Part shown: positions 1-555 of the stretch, one piece after another
Numbering within the stretch: the stretch's first letter is position 1
How the letters are laid out: each line of letters opens with the position of its first letter
Sequence record: EF517104.1
Source: a phage
Direction: 5' to 3' (one strand)
Length of the DNA: 555 nt
Translations under genes and position numbers: made by a program
The notes under the pieces: generated by a model
Seen by the model: only the letters and a program-made list of their open reading frames with translations
Told to the model about the DNA's origin: nothing
Database searches by the model: none

Positions 1-111
1 TAGAGTGCATAAAGTATGCATAATGGTGTACCTAGAGTGATCTCTAAGAATGGTGATTATATTGTATTAGTATCACCTTAACTTAAGGACCAACATAAAG
101 GGAGGAGACTC
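1..111 (+). other. Non-coding leader upstream of gene 19.5; presumably transcribed from a promoter upstream of the window
   Basis: Seen: the only ATG-initiated ORF is 21 codons (16-81) with no Shine-Dalgarno. No match to the T7 RNA polymerase promoter consensus (TAATACGACTCACTATAGGGAGA) and no convincing -35/-10 pair. Established knowledge (recalled): in T7 the phiOR promoter lies a few tens of bp upstream of this window start and transcribes through gene 19.5. Confidence 0.5.
100..107 (+). promoter_or_regulatory. Shine-Dalgarno / ribosome-binding site for the 112-261 ORF
   Basis: Seen: AAAGGGAGGAGACTCATG; GGAGG at 101-105, 6 nt before the ATG at 112-114 (AGGAG at 103-107 gives a 4 nt spacer). 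A canonical strong SD at near-optimal spacing. Confidence 0.75.
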
Positions 112-261
112 ATGTTCCGCTTATTGTTGAACCTATTGCGGCATAGAGTCACTTACCGATTTCTTGTGGTACTTTGTGCTGCCCTTGGGTACGCATCTCT
201 TACTGGAGACCTCAGTTCACTGGAGTTTGTCGTTTGCTCTATACTCACTTGTAGCGATTAG
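112..261 (+). CDS. 19.5: Small hydrophobic protein of unknown function, 49 aa (T7 gene 19.5-like)
   Basis: Seen: ATG at 112, 49 sense codons, TAG at 259-261, strong SD immediately upstream. Hand translation: MFRLLLNLLRHRVTYRFLVVLCAALGYASLTGDLSSLEFVVCSILTCSD. Basic N-terminus (R3, R10, H11, R12, R16) followed by a hydrophobic stretch (FLVVLCAALGYASL) suggests a membrane-associated or single-pass peptide. All three reverse-strand frames have stops inside 112-261, so there is no competing antisense ORF. Established knowledge (recalled): T7 gene 19.5 is a 49-codon terminal gene at about 39389-39538, which fits this window if position 501 is the start of the right terminal repetition. Confidence 0.8.
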   Translation: MFRLLLNLLRHRVTYRFLVVLCAALGYASLTGDLSSLEFVVCSILTCSD

Positions 262-354
262 GGTTTTCCTGACCGACTGATGGCTCACCGAGGGATTCAG
301 CGGTATGATTGCATCACACCACTTCATCCCTATAGAGTCAAGTTCTAAGATATA

Positions 355-500
355 CCCATAAAGAGCCTCTAATGGTCTATCCTAAGGTCTATACCTAAAG
401 ATAGGCCATCCTATCAGTGTCACCTAAAGAGGGTCTTAGAGAGAGCCTATGGAGTTCCTATAGGGTCCTTTAAAATATACCATAAAAATCTGAGTGACTA
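355..500. repeat. Short-repeat region flanking the terminal repetition (CCTAAAG-family heptamers; SRR-like)
   Basis: Seen: exact CCTAAAG at 394-400 and 423-429 (plus 517-523 and 541-547 inside the terminal repetition). One-mismatch variants CCTAAGG 381-387, CATAAAG 357-363, CATAAAA 481-487. Local tandem TCTATCCTAAGG (376-387) / TCTATACCTAAAG (388-400). Four exact copies of one heptamer in 555 bp is well above chance (about 0.03 expected per specific 7-mer). Established knowledge (recalled): arrays of this heptamer flank the T7 terminal repetition on its inner sides. Confidence 0.6.
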
Positions 501-555
501 TCTCACAGTGTACGGACCTAAAGTTCCCCCATAGGGGGTACCTAAAGCCCAGCCA
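501..555. repeat. Terminal repetition, first 55 bp (right-end copy of a direct terminal repeat; truncated by the window)
   Basis: Seen: 501-555 = TCTCACAGTGTACGGACCTAAAGTTCCCCCATAGGGGGTACCTAAAGCCCAGCCA. Established knowledge (recalled): this is identical to the first 55 nt of the T7 genome, whose terminal repetition is 160 bp. Its position immediately downstream of a 19.5-like ORF fits the right genome end. The window stops inside the repeat. Confidence 0.75.
526..538. other. Inverted repeat / potential hairpin CCCCC-ATA-GGGGG inside the terminal repetition, flanked by CCTAAAG direct repeats
   Basis: Seen: CCCCC (526-530), ATA loop (531-533), GGGGG (534-538). Bracketed by CCTAAAG at 517-523 and 541-547, giving CCTAAAG-TT-CCCCCATAGGGGG-TA-CCTAAAG. 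Function not determinable from sequence. Confidence 0.5.

Noticed and set aside
6-20. Small inverted repeat TGCATA-AAG-TATGCA (6-20); similar 6 bp dyads at 52-57/72-77 (GGTGAT...ATCACC, 14-nt spacer) and 400-405/410-415 (GATAGG-CCAT-CCTATC)
   Set aside because: Allowing a range of spacer lengths, several 6 bp inverted repeats are expected by chance in 555 bp. There is no supporting signal such as a following T-run or conservation evidence, so none is called as a feature.
22-55. Direct 7-mer repeat AATGGTG (22-28 and 49-55)
   Set aside because: Roughly nine repeated 7-mers are expected by chance in a 555 bp window; a single duplicated heptamer is not meaningful.
15-70. Possible sigma70 -10-like hexamers (CATAAT 19-24, TATATT 58-63)
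   Set aside because: No properly spaced -35 partner. AT-rich hexamers like these are common by chance, and a phage late region would not be expected to rely on a host promoter.
16-81. 21-codon ORF (MHNGVPRVISKNGDYIVLVSP) on the + strand in the leader
   Set aside because: No Shine-Dalgarno upstream and very short; it sits in what is most simply the untranslated leader of gene 19.5. ORFs of this size are expected by chance.
259-300. Possible intrinsic terminator after the gene 19.5 stop (GGGTTTT at 261-267)
   Set aside because: The T-run is not preceded by a GC-rich stem-loop, so it is not a credible rho-independent terminator.
318-340. T7-promoter-like fragment TCCCTATAGAGTCA (shares CTATAG with the -5 to +1 promoter core)
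   Set aside because: Aligned to the 23 bp consensus, only the -8 to +1 region matches; the -17 to -9 specificity region is essentially all mismatches. Not a credible phage-RNA-polymerase promoter.
280-361. Two overlapping short ORFs downstream of gene 19.5 (ATG 280, 22 codons to TAA 346-348; ATG 305, 18 codons to TAA 359-361)
   Set aside because: Neither has a recognisable ribosome-binding site and both are chance-sized. The region is better explained as non-coding repeat-bearing DNA next to the terminal repetition.
488-494. ATCTGAG, resembling the class II pause/termination signal ATCTGTT
   Set aside because: Two mismatches at conserved positions. The real concatemer-junction pause element, as I recall, is near the distal end of the terminal repetition outside this window.
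1-555. Any novel defence system, mobile element, CRISPR array or RNA gene
   Set aside because: No direct-repeat/spacer architecture, no tRNA- or rRNA-like sequence, no transposon terminal inverted repeats, and the only credible ORF is 49 codons. The whole window is accounted for by a known phage genome-end organisation.

Overview
The window reads as the right-hand end of a T7-type podovirus genome, and I recognise it as most likely coliphage T7 itself (from memory, not a search). Order on the + strand: (i) a non-coding transcribed leader (1-111) with no promoter I can support; (ii) a strong Shine-Dalgarno plus a 49-codon ORF (112-261) encoding a small, basic-N-terminal, hydrophobic protein matching what I recall as T7 gene 19.5, the last gene of the genome; (iii) a ~240 bp non-coding stretch (262-500) that is AT-rich toward its 3' end and carries CCTAAAG-family heptamers (the short-repeat array described beside the T7 terminal repetition); (iv) the first 55 bp of the terminal repetition (501-555), which matches base-for-base the T7 left-end sequence I remember (TCTCACAGTGTACGGACCTAAAGTTCCCCCATAGGGGGTACCTAAAGCCCAGCCA). 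I find no rRNA, tRNA, CRISPR, transposon or defence-system signature and no substantial reverse-strand ORF. This is a well-studied genome terminus rather than an undescribed system. The remaining open points are the unknown function of the small protein and the mechanistic role of the repeats and small palindromes near the packaging/concatemer-processing region. All coordinates relative to a reference are from memory and need an alignment to confirm.
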